64,000 nucleotides of DNA, from the NCBI GenBank assembly GCA_963848295.1, contig CAWKDB010000010.1, positions 992,001 to 1,056,000 on the forward strand, read 5' to 3'. This document shows positions 1-10,539 of this stretch, in pieces. Position numbers and translations under genes: made by a program. Source of the DNA: an uncultured delta proteobacterium. GTDB lineage: Bacteria > Myxococcota_A > Polyangia > Haliangiales > Haliangiaceae. The notes under the pieces are model-generated. The model did not search any database, was not told where the DNA came from, and saw only the letters and a program-made list of their open reading frames with translations. Position 1 is the stretch's first letter; each line of letters starts with the position of its first letter.

Positions 1-523
1 GCTGGCTGCAATGCTCCGCTAGCTGTACGCCGAGCTCGCGATAGCCGAGCACCTCGTTGTGGTCGCGCCGCCACGAGCCGAGATGGACCTCGTAGATGCT
101 GATCGGCGCCGAACGCTGCGCGCGAGCTCCACGGGACTTCATCCAGTCGGCGTCGCGCCACTCGTGATGGGCTTGCCAGACGATCGAAGCGGTCGCCGGC
201 GGATGCTCGGCGCGCGCCGCGAACGGATCGGCCTTGTCGAACGTGCGGCCATCGCGCCCGACGATCGCGAACTTGTAGCGCGTGCCGTGCGCGACCCCGT
301 TGATCACACCTTCCCAGATCCCGCTCGAATCGCGCGGCACCAACGGGTCGGCTCCGGCGCGCCAACCGTTCCAGTCACCGACGACCGAAACCGCGCGCGC
401 GCTCGGCGCCCACACCGCGAAGTACACCCCGGTCGGTACGACGTGGGCCCCGAGCTTGTCGTGTAGCCGGTAGTGCGTGCCTTGGTTGAACAGGAAGAGG
501 TCGTCGGAGGTCAGCAGCGACAC
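1..523 (-). CDS. glgB: 1,4-alpha-glucan branching enzyme, N-terminal part (runs off the window)
   Basis: Hand translation from GTG 523: SLLTSDDLFLFNQGTHYRLHDKLGAH...FAVWAPSA...DKADPFA...ISIYEVHLGSWRR, typical GlgB motifs. Missing from the ORF track because the stop lies outside the window. Confidence 0.95.
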   Translation of the reverse strand, partial: MSLLTSDDLFLFNQGTHYRLHDKLGAHVVPTGVYFAVWAPSARAVSVVGDWNGWRAGADPLVPRDSSGIWEGVINGVAHGTRYKFAIVGRDGRTFDKADPFAARAEHPPATASIVWQAHHEWRDADWMKSRGARAQRSAPISIYEVHLGSWRRDHNEVLGYRELGVQLAEHCSQ

Positions 524-609
524 GCGGCGAGAGGTAGCACGTTTCGCGTAGTTACGCGGCGACGCAGATCGCACGCAACCGCGGCGCGGCGCGGCCGATA
601 CGACCGCCC

Positions 610-2379
610 ATGCCAATGAAGAACACGATGCGAAAGACCCTAGTCGCCGCCGCGATCGCGGCCATTCCTGCTTGTGCGAAGCAGGTCAAAGACATCGGGT
701 GCTCGACCAGCGCCGAATGCGCCGCCGGGGACGCCTGCCAGCTCGATACCCAGGTCTGCGTCGCCGGTGCGATCACGATCGACCCTGGAGCATTCTACGA
801 CGATGGTTCGCGCTGGTTGTCGGCGCAGAGCGGTCCGGCGATCACCGGGGCGATCGACGCGAGCGGTTCCCTCGTCGCGCTTGTCTCCGATCAGGTCGTC
901 GCGACCGCCACGGTCGATGGTTCGGCTTGGTCGCTGACGCTTCCCGACGGCACGCTCGCCGCGGCGGACACCGCGGTGGTGTTCCGGCTCACCGGCGCGG
1001 ATGGCCACACGTACGAGCTGTCGCAGGCGTTCGCGTACGACGATTCGATGCCGTCGGTCCAGCTCTCGAGCGCGACGCTACACGACGAGCGCGGCGATCA
1101 GATCGATTTCTCGTCGGGGGTTCCGCAACACACGCACGCCGGCGCCGTCGTCTCGCTCGGTGGAACCACGATCTGCCCCGACGTCTACAAGTACGCGTAC
1201 CTGATGGACGAGAACGAGCCGATGTTCGGCGGCGAGACGTCGCGGAATCCGCTCGCGTTCACGTTCGATGTCCGGGAGCCCACGAAGCTCGACGCGGCGA
1301 GCTCGGCCTATCGCGTGCGCGCTGCCGATGGCACTCCGCTCCTCGACTGGACGACGTTGCCCGCCGCGGACGCGAACGGCGCCTATGACATCGCGCTGTA
1401 CCGCCACGGCGATACCTCGATCCCCGCGCTCGGAACCTACGAAGGCCAGTTGACCCTCGACGTGCGCGTCCGAGATTGGGCCGGCCGCGAGGCGGATCTC
1501 AGCACGTGCTGGGTTCATCACCCGCTCGCCGCGCCGCTGCAGGTCTCGCCGTCCGAGACCGGGTCGATCGCCAACCTCTCGCTGTCGCCTCACACCCCGC
1601 TCGCCGCGTTGTTCAACGCTTCCACCGCGAATCAGGCGCCGTCGCTGTTCGACGTCCCGATCGTCCAACAGACGAGTGAGCCGATCTTGCTGTCGCTGAC
1701 CGTCCCGGAACTGGCGGGGTCGTTCACCGAAACGACGGTCGCGACCTCGAAGGCGACCGCCACGAACGGACCGGAAGTGTCCTGCCCGGTGACGTGTCCG
1801 GGCGGCGTGAAGGTCAACTGTTACCTCTCACCGTCCGACGATCCGCGGTGCGCCGGCGCCGCGAATCCGAGCTCGACGACGACGCCGTACGCCGGTCCGA
1901 TCACCAGCTACGACGAGTACACCATGCTCGTCGACGACGTCACCGGCGACGCGATGCCTTTCTCCCACGCGCTCGACGGCTTCACGATCCCCGGCCGCAC
2001 CGCCGCCGATCCACCGCACGGCTATCATCTGGTGGAAGGCATCGCCGCGCTCGGCGGACTCGAACCGGTGCGCGCGGAGGACTACGCGATCGCGAGCATC
2101 AACTATACAGGTACCGCACCGACCGGCACTCCGACGTATCGCTGCGACGGACTCGTGATCACGCAGACCAGCTCGGGCTTCCTCGGCGCGTGCACGTCCT
2201 ACTCGACCTTTCAGGCGATCACGGCCGTGCAGACGCTGCAGGTCGCCTTCCAGCCGGTCGCGATCCAGTTCTCGACGGCTCCGACCGCAGCCAACACCGC
2301 GCTCCCGGTCCCCTACCTCCCGAGTGGCGTCTTGACCGCGACGGGCGTGGCGTGGAACGCGGGGAACGCCGGGCTGTAA
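610..2379 (+). CDS. Large secreted lipoprotein of unknown function (Cys-rich N-terminal module, beta-rich body)
   Basis: 589-aa ORF with lipobox-like AIPAC followed by CSTSAECAAGDACQLDTQVC; Thr/Ser-rich. Confidence 0.75.
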   Translation: MPMKNTMRKTLVAAAIAAIPACAKQVKDIGCSTSAECAAGDACQLDTQVCVAGAITIDPGAFYDDGSRWLSAQSGPAITGAIDASGSLVALVSDQVVATATVDGSAWSLTLPDGTLAAADTAVVFRLTGADGHTYELSQAFAYDDSMPSVQLSSATLHDERGDQIDFSSGVPQHTHAGAVVSLGGTTICPDVYKYAYLMDENEPMFGGETSRNPLAFTFDVREPTKLDAASSAYRVRAADGTPLLDWTTLPAADANGAYDIALYRHGDTSIPALGTYEGQLTLDVRVRDWAGREADLSTCWVHHPLAAPLQVSPSETGSIANLSLSPHTPLAALFNASTANQAPSLFDVPIVQQTSEPILLSLTVPELAGSFTETTVATSKATATNGPEVSCPVTCPGGVKVNCYLSPSDDPRCAGAANPSSTTTPYAGPITSYDEYTMLVDDVTGDAMPFSHALDGFTIPGRTAADPPHGYHLVEGIAALGGLEPVRAEDYAIASINYTGTAPTGTPTYRCDGLVITQTSSGFLGACTSYSTFQAITAVQTLQVAFQPVAIQFSTAPTAANTALPVPYLPSGVLTATGVAWNAGNAGL

Positions 2380-2393
2380 GCCGGCCGTCGGCT

Positions 2394-5390
2394 TCAGTCC
2401 CAACCGGGCTCGTCGATGCCGTCGCCGCCGGTCGCGCTGTCGCCCGCCATCTCCGACGATGACGGCGGAGACTTCGCGGCTTCATCGGCCTTCGCGGTCG
2501 GATCGGGCGCATCGAGGTCCCACGCGGTGTCGAGCTCGTCCATCGGCGGCAACGTCGACATCGACTTCGGGCGCGGCGGCTGGCTCGGTGGTGCGACGAC
2601 GACCGGTGCCGGCGGCGGCGGCAGCGGCTCGAACGGCAGCTTCGCGGGTGCGGTGATCGCATCGTGGACGAGCGTCGGGGTCTCGGTCTGCGGCGCGGCC
2701 GCGGCGACGACCGGTTGCTCGGCCGACCGGCGGTCGCGGCGACGCCTGCGGCCCTCGCCGCCTTCGTCGCGTTCGCGGCGCGGCTCGGACGCCGGCTGGT
2801 CGCGGCGCGAACCGACGGCTTCGATCACCTTGGCGCACGCAGCCTCGAACGCATCGAGCTGCGCCTGGTCGGTGTCGTCGAGCATGGGCCCGGCATCTGC
2901 GATCTGACCGCGCAGCTCGTCGATCACCTCGATGGGATCGCGACCCGACCACCGGAGCTCGCCGAACGCGTTCTTGCGCATCGCCTCGCGCAGCTTCGCG
3001 GCGACCTCGGCCGGATTGCCTTCGGTCGACACCGGCGCTTCGGCCTTCGGCATCAACGCGACCACCTTGGCGATCAGCTTGTCGCGGCGCGCGCGGATCG
3101 TGGTCGGATCGAGCTCGGTGCCCTTCACCGCTTCGGGGTTCGCGGCGATCACTTGCTTGGTCATCGCGACGACGCGCTCCGACAGCTCGTGGTTGCCGAG
3201 CTCCGCGACCTTGGCGCGCACGGCGAGCGCGGCCGCGATCACGTCGTCGCCACCGGCGAGCACGTCGGCGATCTCGCCTTTGATGTCGTCGATCACGGCG
3301 CGATGCGCGTCGGCTTCGGCGTCGCGGGCGCCATCGCGCTTCGCGAACAAAGCGTCGCACGCCGCGCGGAACGCCTTGTAGACCGCGTCGGCGTCGCGCC
3401 GCGGCACGTAGCCGACTTCTTTCCACTCGGCCTGGAGATCCTTGATCTGGCCGATCGCCTTGCCCCAACCACCGGGCCCGGGCGCGCCGTCGACGACTTG
3501 CTGCGCGCGCGTGATCAGCGCCTGCTTCTTCGCGAGATTGTCGGCTTCTTCGGAGTGGCGCGCGTCGAGCAGCGGTTTGCGTTGCTCGAAGAACTTGTCG
3601 CACGCGGCGCGGAACCGCTTCCACAGCTCGTCGCCCAGCTTGCGCGGGAGATGACCGGAGTCCTTCCACTTCGCTTGCAGCGCCTTGAGCTTGTCCGCGT
3701 TCGCGGGATCGAAGCTCGCCGCGATGCCTTCTGCCTCGGCGATCAGCGCCTCCTTGACCTTCGTGACCTCGTCGAACTTCTCGGCCTCGACCGCGCGGAC
3801 GCCGCGGACCTTCTCGTAGACCTGATCGCAGGTCGACTTGAACAGCTCCCACAGCTCTTTGCTGCGGCGCTGGGGCATCGCGCCGACTTCTTTCCACAGC
3901 GCCTGGAGCTGGCGCAGCCGATCGCCGAGATCCGGCGTCGCCGGCGCCTCGGCCATCGCCTTCGCGGTCGCGATCAGCGCTTCGGCCTTCGGTACGTTCG
4001 CCCACCGCTCCCAGTCCTCGGCTTCGCGCAGCTCGCTGATCCGGATGACGAGCTTTCCGCGCACGGCCTGATAGCGATCCGCGATCGCATCGCGCTCGGT
4101 CGACGCGACCTTGCCGATCTGATCGAACGCCCTCCCCGCTTGTTGCAGCAGGCGATCGATCGCCTTGCCGTCTTTACCGCCCGCGGCGGCGAGCGCCTCC
4201 ATGTCGTCGCACAGCGCTCGGAGGCTCGCGGCGATCGCGACCGCGCGCTCGGCGTCGTCTTTCTTGCGCGCTTCGCGCTCGGCGGCCTCGGCGGTGCGCC
4301 GGGTCTCGTCTTCGACCCGTTTGCGCTCGCGCTCCTCCGCGCGCAGCTTCGCCTCGGCCTCTCGCGCTTCGCGAGCCGCGTCGGTCTCGGCCACGGGCGT
4401 GACGACCGGCGCCGGTGTCGCCGCGGCGCGCTCGGCGGCCGCGCGATCCTTCTCGGCTTTCGCTTCGCGCTCGACGACCCGAAGCTCGTCCGCGGTGCGC
4501 GCCTGCTGGTCATGCAGCTGCTTGCGCTTCCAGAACCGCTCGACCGCTTTGCCGAACCGGTCGTCGCCGTCTTCGCCCCCACCACCGACCTCGGCCCACG
4601 CCGCCTCGGCGGCCTTGACGCTCGGGGCGAGCTTGTCGAAGTCGAACGCGTCGGCGACCGCCTCGACCTGGCGAATCAGCTGCGCCTTCTCCGCGCGCCG
4701 GCGCTTCACCTCGTCGGGCACGCCCGGCGTGCGCTTGCGCTCGGCCTCGTTGATCTCGGTCGCGATCTTGCGCGCGCGTTGCCGCACCGCTTTGTTCTTC
4801 GCCTTTTGCGCGACGTTCTCGAGCCGCTCCGCATCGTCGAGCTTGTCGACGGCGGCGAGCCCGACCTCTTTGAGCGTCGTGTCGATCGCGAGCGCGCGCA
4901 GCACGTCGCCATCGTCGATCCGGCCGACCGCGGCGAGCCGAATTTCGTGCGGCGCTTCACTCTTGGCGAGGTCGGCGAGCGCGCGCGGATCGCGGACTTC
5001 GCCGAACGCGCGCTTGCGCAACGCCGGCAGGCTCGCGTCGACGACGACCTCGACGAGCGCTTGCTGGTCGCCGAGCTTCATGATCCCGGCAAGCGCAGCG
5101 CTCGCATCGTCGGCGTCATCGCCACAGGCGATTTGCGCCCACAATTCAGCCGCGCGCTCGCCCGCATAGTCGCGCAGGCTGCGTTCGCTCTCGGCCGCGG
5201 CGATGTCCGCGAGCACCTCGGCTTCTTCGATCTTCGCGATCGCGAGTCGGCGCACGCCGATATCGCGGTCGGTTCGAGCTACTTGGGTGAGAACGGCAGC
5301 GTCATCCGCAGTCATAGCCCTGACGGCTTCGGTGCGAACGCGGACGTCGCTGTGGCGGTACTTCGGGCGGAAGAGATCAGTGATCCCCAT
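2394..5390 (-). CDS. DUF349-domain protein with N-terminal HEAT-like repeats
   Basis: Repeated LQALWKEVG...ELWELFKSTCDQ / LQAKWKDSG...ELWKRFRAACDKFF / LQAEWKEVG...FRAACDALF units; N-terminal RHSDVRVR helical repeats. Start MGITDLF assumed. Confidence 0.85.
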   Translation of the reverse strand: MGITDLFRPKYRHSDVRVRTEAVRAMTADDAAVLTQVARTDRDIGVRRLAIAKIEEAEVLADIAAAESERSLRDYAGERAAELWAQIACGDDADDASAALAGIMKLGDQQALVEVVVDASLPALRKRAFGEVRDPRALADLAKSEAPHEIRLAAVGRIDDGDVLRALAIDTTLKEVGLAAVDKLDDAERLENVAQKAKNKAVRQRARKIATEINEAERKRTPGVPDEVKRRRAEKAQLIRQVEAVADAFDFDKLAPSVKAAEAAWAEVGGGGEDGDDRFGKAVERFWKRKQLHDQQARTADELRVVEREAKAEKDRAAAERAAATPAPVVTPVAETDAAREAREAEAKLRAEERERKRVEDETRRTAEAAEREARKKDDAERAVAIAASLRALCDDMEALAAAGGKDGKAIDRLLQQAGRAFDQIGKVASTERDAIADRYQAVRGKLVIRISELREAEDWERWANVPKAEALIATAKAMAEAPATPDLGDRLRQLQALWKEVGAMPQRRSKELWELFKSTCDQVYEKVRGVRAVEAEKFDEVTKVKEALIAEAEGIAASFDPANADKLKALQAKWKDSGHLPRKLGDELWKRFRAACDKFFEQRKPLLDARHSEEADNLAKKQALITRAQQVVDGAPGPGGWGKAIGQIKDLQAEWKEVGYVPRRDADAVYKAFRAACDALFAKRDGARDAEADAHRAVIDDIKGEIADVLAGGDDVIAAALAVRAKVAELGNHELSERVVAMTKQVIAANPEAVKGTELDPTTIRARRDKLIAKVVALMPKAEAPVSTEGNPAEVAAKLREAMRKNAFGELRWSGRDPIEVIDELRGQIADAGPMLDDTDQAQLDAFEAACAKVIEAVGSRRDQPASEPRRERDEGGEGRRRRRDRRSAEQPVVAAAAPQTETPTLVHDAITAPAKLPFEPLPPPPAPVVVAPPSQPPRPKSMSTLPPMDELDTAWDLDAPDPTAKADEAAKSPPSSSEMAGDSATGGDGIDEPGWD

Positions 5391-5450
5391 AGAGGGGTCG
5401 GAATCTATGCGCAAGATCTCGTCGGGACAAGCGAAACCGAGGGCGGGTTG

Positions 5451-6029
5451 CTATTCGTCCTCGTCGTCGCCGAACAGCACGCCGAGCCGCAGCTCGATCG
5501 CATCGAACGGCTCGGCGCGGACCCGGTCGTTGCGCTCGGCGATCAGCACCTCGACGTAGCCGTCGGCATGCCAGCGGTAGACCGCGAGCGTCTCCTCGAT
5601 CGGATCGATGATCCAGTAGTGGGCGACGCCGGCACGATGATACGCGCGCTTCTTGAGGATGAGGTCGTTGCGCTTGTTCGTGGACAGGATCTCGCACACT
5701 CAATCGGGCCGGACCGTGGTCGGGAGCTCGGCGGGGAGCGCCGGCAGTCGGTCGCGCCGCCAGCCGAGGACGTCCGGCCGTAGGATCTGAGTCTCCTCGA
5801 ACAGGACTTCAACCTCGACCGCGAACCACCAGCCTCCCGGCCAACGCCCCCCTGATCGTCGGTCGTAGGGGCCGAGCGTACGACCCAACCGGAGCTGTGC
5901 GTGGCCATGGCGTCCGCTCGCCGCCTCTTTCTCGACCAGCACGCCGTCGATGATCTCGTGCCGGCGATCCTCCTCCGGGATCGCGAGCAGGTCCGCCAGC
6001 GTCGCCTTGGCCTTCGCGGGTTCGGTCAC
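5451..6029 (-). pseudogene. Uma2-family (PD-(D/E)xK) putative endonuclease with an internal TGA
   Basis: Two ORF-track pieces are in one frame: ...RHEIIDG...LRPDVLGWRR...VRPD*VCEILS...KKRAYHRAGVAHYWIIDP. TGA at 5700-5702 sits where the family normally has Trp (PDWVCE). Confidence 0.85.
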
Positions 6030-6038
6030 GTCACCATT

Positions 6039-7991
6039 TTATCGTACGAGCTCGACCAGCGCACCGACGATCTCGACGAGCTTGTAGTCACTCGGCGTGA
6101 AGATCTGCGCGACGCCGAGCGCGCGCATCGCGGCGTGATCGCTCGTCGGGATCGTGCCACCGACGACGACCGCGATGTCGCCACCGCCCCGTGCGCGCAG
6201 CTCGGCGACGACCGCCGCCGCGAGCTCGACGTGAGAGCCCGACAGCACGGACAGCCCGACGACATCGACGTCTTCCTGCACCGCGGCCGCGGCGATCGCG
6301 GCGGGCTCGAGCCGGATCCCGGCGTACACGACCTCGAACCCCGCATCGCGCGCCGCGACCGCGATGACCTCGGCGCCGTTCGAGTGACCGTCGAGCCCGG
6401 GCTTGCCGACGAGCAACTTCGGGCGACGCGGCAGCGCCGCGACCCGCGCGCGCAGCTCGGGCCAACCCGCGGCCGCGCTCGCATCGGCGATCCGCGCACC
6501 CGACACGCCGCCGAGACCTGTGGCGGCGCGGTACTCGCCCCACACCGTGCGCAACGCATCGGCCCATTCGCCGGTCGTGACTCGCGCGAGCGCGCACGCG
6601 ATCGACGGTTCCATCACCGGCTCGCCGGCGCGCGCCGCGGCGGAGAGCTGATCGAGCGCGTCGCGGACCCGGCTCGGATCGCGCCGCTTGCGCGTCTCGT
6701 CGAGCGAACGCAGCGCGAGCGCAGCCGCGGCCGGATCGACGTGGAACACGCCGCCGTCATCGCCGATCAACGGCGACGGCAGGCCCTCCGTCCACCGGTT
6801 GACGCCGACGACGATCTGGTCGCCTCGCTCGATCCGCGCCATCCGCGCCGCCATCGCGCGCACGAGCTCGCCCTTGCAATAGCCCGAGTCGATCGCGGCG
6901 CGAATCCCACCCATCGCATCGATCGCGGCGAGCTCCATGCGCGCCGCCGCGCACAGCTCGCCGACCTTGGCCTCGACGACCGGGTTGCCGGCGAACAGAT
7001 CGCCGTACTCGAGCAGGTCAGTCTCGAACGCGAGGATCTGCTGCAAGCGCAGCGACCACTGCTGATCCCATGGCCGCGGCAGCGACAGCGCTTCGTTCCA
7101 CGTCGGCAGCTGGAGCGCACGGCAGCGCGCATCGCGCGACAACAACACGCCGAGCGTCTCGATCGCGATCCGCCACGTGTTGTTCTCCGGTTGCTGCTCG
7201 GTCAACCCGAGCGAGTTGACCTGCACGCCATAGCGGAACTGGCGCAGCTCGGGATCGGCCACGCCGTAACGGTCGCGACATAGCTCGTCCCACAGCCGCG
7301 CGAACGCGCGCATCTTGCACATCTCCTCGACGAACCGCATGCCCGCGTTGACGAAGAACGACACGCGACCGACGCACTGCGCGAGCTGCGCGGCATCGAC
7401 CCGGCCTCGCGCGCGCACCCGATCGAGCACGCCGATCGCGTCGGCGAGCGCGAACGCGAGCTCTTGCACCGGCGTCGCGCCGGCTTCCTGCAGGTGATAG
7501 CTGCACACGTTCGACGGGTTCCACCGCGGTAGCTCGGCGACGCAGAACTCGTAGGTCTGCGCGATCAGATCGATCGATGGCTCGGGCGGGAAGATGTACG
7601 TGCCCCGCGCGAGGTACTCCTTGACGATGTCGTTCTGGGTCGTGCCGCGCAGCCCGCGTGGATCGACGCGGCGTTCCCGCGCGAGCGCGACGTAGAGCGC
7701 GAGCAGCCACACCGCGGTGCCGTTGATCGTCATCGACGTGTTCATCCGCTCGATCGGGATGCCGTCGAACAGCGCGTGCATGTCGTCGAGCGACGCGATC
7801 GGCACGCCGACCTTGCCGATCTCCGGACGCGCGAGCGGATGGTCGGCGTCGTAGCCGCACTGCGTGGGGAGATCGAACGCGATCGACAACCCGGTCTGGC
7901 CCGCCGCGAGGTTGCGCCGATAGAGCTCGTTCGACGCGCGCGCGCTCGAATGCCCCGCGTACGTCCGAAAGATCCACGGAGGATCGGCCAT
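6039..7991 (-). CDS. meaA: B12-dependent mutase of MeaA / ethylmalonyl-CoA mutase type
   Basis: PWIFRTYAGHS...GQTGLSIAFDLPTQ; C-terminal B12-binding KPGLDGHSNGAE. Confidence 0.9.
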   Translation of the reverse strand: MADPPWIFRTYAGHSSARASNELYRRNLAAGQTGLSIAFDLPTQCGYDADHPLARPEIGKVGVPIASLDDMHALFDGIPIERMNTSMTINGTAVWLLALYVALARERRVDPRGLRGTTQNDIVKEYLARGTYIFPPEPSIDLIAQTYEFCVAELPRWNPSNVCSYHLQEAGATPVQELAFALADAIGVLDRVRARGRVDAAQLAQCVGRVSFFVNAGMRFVEEMCKMRAFARLWDELCRDRYGVADPELRQFRYGVQVNSLGLTEQQPENNTWRIAIETLGVLLSRDARCRALQLPTWNEALSLPRPWDQQWSLRLQQILAFETDLLEYGDLFAGNPVVEAKVGELCAAARMELAAIDAMGGIRAAIDSGYCKGELVRAMAARMARIERGDQIVVGVNRWTEGLPSPLIGDDGGVFHVDPAAAALALRSLDETRKRRDPSRVRDALDQLSAAARAGEPVMEPSIACALARVTTGEWADALRTVWGEYRAATGLGGVSGARIADASAAAGWPELRARVAALPRRPKLLVGKPGLDGHSNGAEVIAVAARDAGFEVVYAGIRLEPAAIAAAAVQEDVDVVGLSVLSGSHVELAAAVVAELRARGGGDIAVVVGGTIPTSDHAAMRALGVAQIFTPSDYKLVEIVGALVELVR

Positions 7992-8001
7992 CGCGCGATC
8001 T

Positions 8002-8874
8002 TTACCTGCGCACCAGGCTGACCGCGAGCCCGGCGAGCGTGATCGCGGCGCCGAGGTACGCGCGCGGGCCGAGCGTGATCTCGCTCTCGAACAGCGCGTC
8101 GGTCGCGAGCGCGACGAGCGGGAACACGAACACCAGCGTGCTGGTCAGCAACAACGACGTCCGGCCGAGCAGCCAGAAGTAGCTGAGAAACGCGACGACC
8201 GAGCCGATCACCGCGAGATAGAACAACGCGAACGTCGCGACGCCCGGCGGCGGCCACGGAATCGGCTCGTACGCGACGAGCGCGATCACGCCGAGGACGA
8301 CCGCGGTCACCGCGATGAAGATCGCGGTCGCGACCACGCCGTGAACGCCCTGGTTATGGCGCTTCATCACCATCGAGTAGCCGGTCGCGACGACGACCGA
8401 GCCGAGCACCATCGCGACGCCGCTCGCCTGTCGCGTCGACACGTCGAGCCGATCGAAGAAGATCACCGCGACCCCCGCGATCGAGATCACCGCGCCGACG
8501 ACGTGGCGCCAGGTCAGCCGCTCCATCCGCGTCGCGGTCAACATCACCGCCAGGATCAGCGGCTGCGTGCCGTAGACGACCGCGGCGATGCCGCCCGAGA
8601 CACGCTCTTCACCGACGTAGACGAGCAAGTAGCCCGCGGCATCGAGCACGCCGGCGACCCCCAGGTACAGCCACGTCCGCCGGCTCGGCCACGGTCGAAA
8701 TCGCGCGGCGATCGGGACGATCACGATCGCGGCGATCGCGAAGCGCAACGCGAGCGCATCGAGCGTGGGGAACCCCGCCTCGCCGCCCTCGCCGATGCAG
8801 CGACGGATGGCGTACCAAGTCGTGCCCCAGATCAGGGCGCACGCGAGGTACGCGGCTGCAATCGTTCGTTGCAC
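8002..8874 (-). CDS. EamA/DMT-family transporter
   Basis: LIWGTTWYAI...ALRFAIA and about 10 hydrophobic segments; GTG start at 8874 assumed. Confidence 0.9.
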   Translation of the reverse strand: MQRTIAAAYLACALIWGTTWYAIRRCIGEGGEAGFPTLDALALRFAIAAIVIVPIAARFRPWPSRRTWLYLGVAGVLDAAGYLLVYVGEERVSGGIAAVVYGTQPLILAVMLTATRMERLTWRHVVGAVISIAGVAVIFFDRLDVSTRQASGVAMVLGSVVVATGYSMVMKRHNQGVHGVVATAIFIAVTAVVLGVIALVAYEPIPWPPPGVATFALFYLAVIGSVVAFLSYFWLLGRTSLLLTSTLVFVFPLVALATDALFESEITLGPRAYLGAAITLAGLAVSLVRR

Positions 8875-8928
8875 GACTGTCGCAGTGTCGCATCTTGCGA
8901 CCGTTCTCCACTCGGGTATGTTCCGCGG

Positions 8929-9369
8929 ATGCGAACCATGCTCTTTGCGCTCGCGCTCGCCGCGGCCGCCGGTTGTGCCAAGTCCAACTCCAACGACAAG
9001 CAGGCGAGCGACAACGCGCCGACCGCGAAGGCCGACAAGGCGCCGGTCGCGACCGTCACGCCGGATCAGCTCGAGCAAGCGCTGACCGCCGGTGACGCGC
9101 AAGCCGTCGACGCGAACGGCGACGCGACCCGCAAGCACGAGGGCGTCGTGCCCGGTGCCGTGCTGTTGACGAGCTCGACCGACTACAAGCTCAGCGAGCT
9201 CCCCGCGGACAAGGCGAAGAACCTGGTGTTCTACTGCGCGAACACGTCGTGCGGCGCTTCGCACATGGCGGCCGATCGCGCCTTGCAAGCCGGCTACACC
9301 AACGTCAAGGTCATGCCGGTCGGCATCGCCGGCTGGGTCAGCGCGGGCAAGAAGGTCCAGACGATCTAG
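8929..9369 (+). CDS. Rhodanese-domain lipoprotein
   Basis: Lipobox AAGC; VPGAV...VFYCANTSCGAS...GIAGWVSAG rhodanese motifs. Confidence 0.88.
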   Translation: MRTMLFALALAAAAGCAKSNSNDKQASDNAPTAKADKAPVATVTPDQLEQALTAGDAQAVDANGDATRKHEGVVPGAVLLTSSTDYKLSELPADKAKNLVFYCANTSCGASHMAADRALQAGYTNVKVMPVGIAGWVSAGKKVQTI

Positions 9370-9438
9370 CGCTGCCCTCCCCGATCTTCCGGGGCGCGCT
9401 CCGGACCACGCCGGCGGGGTTCGTGGTCTGGTCTCGCC

Positions 9439-10521
9439 ATGGCGCTAGATCACTACGTAACTCTCGGTCGCTCCGGGCTGCGCGTCAGCCCGATGTGTCT
9501 CGGCACGATGACGTTCGGCGAGGATCTCGGCTGGGGCTCGTCGGAGACCGACTCGAAGGCGATCATCGATCGCTACCTCGAGCGCGGCGGCAATTTCATC
9601 GACACGGCGAACGCGTACACGCTCGGACACTCCGAGGTGATCATCGGCAACCACCTCGCGCACACGAAGAAGCGCGATCGCGTCGTCCTGGCCACGAAGT
9701 TCTACAGCAACATGTTCCCGGGCGATCCGAACGGCGGCGGCACCGGTGCGAAGTCACTCCTCACCGCGTGTCACGAGTCGCTGCGCCGATTGAAGACCGA
9801 CTACATCGACCTGTACTGGATGCACGCGTGGGATCGCCACACGCCGATCGAAGAGACCTTGCGTGCGCTCGACGATCTCGTCCGCGCCGGCAAGGTTCGC
9901 TACCTCGGCTTCTCCGACACCCCGGCATGGAAGCTCGCGCAGGCTCAGACCACGTCGCACTTCCGCGGCTGGGCGCCGCTCGTCGCGCTGCAGATCGAGT
10001 ACTCGCTGCTCGAGCGCACGGTCGAAGGCGAGCTCGTCCCCGCCGCGCACGAGCTCGGCCTCGGGATCACGCCGTGGTCGCCGCTCAAGGGTGGCGTGCT
10101 GACCGGCAAGTACACGCGCGCGAATGCCGGCACGGTCAAGGCCGACCGCGGCGCGATGGTCAACGCGAACCTGACCGACAAGGCCTACACCGTGATCGAC
10201 GCGCTCGTCGCGATCGGCAAGGAGCTCGCGACGACACCCGCGTCGGTCGCGCTCGCGTGGTTGCTCGGGCGGCCGGGCGTGACGAGCCCGATCTTCGGCG
10301 CTCGCTCGCTCGCTCACCTCGAGGCGAACCTCAGCGCGTTGACCGTGGCCCTCACGCCGTCGCAGCGCGCGAAGCTCGACGAGCTGTCGACGCCCGAGCT
10401 GCCGTTCCCCGCGAAGTTCATGGCGCGAGCCGGCAGCTACATGCACGGCGGGCTGACCGTCAACGGCGACACGGCTCCGCTCTGGCAGACCGGCGCCCCG
10501 CCCGACGCCAAGCGTTACTGA
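9439..10521 (+). CDS. Aldo/keto reductase
   Basis: LGRSGLRVSPMCLGTMTFG, IDTANAY, SLRRLKTDYIDLYWMH. Confidence 0.95.
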   Translation: MALDHYVTLGRSGLRVSPMCLGTMTFGEDLGWGSSETDSKAIIDRYLERGGNFIDTANAYTLGHSEVIIGNHLAHTKKRDRVVLATKFYSNMFPGDPNGGGTGAKSLLTACHESLRRLKTDYIDLYWMHAWDRHTPIEETLRALDDLVRAGKVRYLGFSDTPAWKLAQAQTTSHFRGWAPLVALQIEYSLLERTVEGELVPAAHELGLGITPWSPLKGGVLTGKYTRANAGTVKADRGAMVNANLTDKAYTVIDALVAIGKELATTPASVALAWLLGRPGVTSPIFGARSLAHLEANLSALTVALTPSQRAKLDELSTPELPFPAKFMARAGSYMHGGLTVNGDTAPLWQTGAPPDAKRY

Positions 10522-10539
10522 CCGTACCCGAGCGCGAGA

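Noticed and set aside
5700..5702. Alternative genetic code (TGA=Trp) or selenocysteine
   Set aside because: TGA ends many intact genes here, TGG is used throughout, and the homologous residue is Trp rather than Cys.
2664..5783. Long antisense and alternate-frame ORFs (also 19847-20917, 22507-24696, 44402-46579, 46369-48234, 61408-63375)
   Set aside because: Arg/Ala-rich shadow frames of real genes, as expected at high GC; no recognisable motifs.
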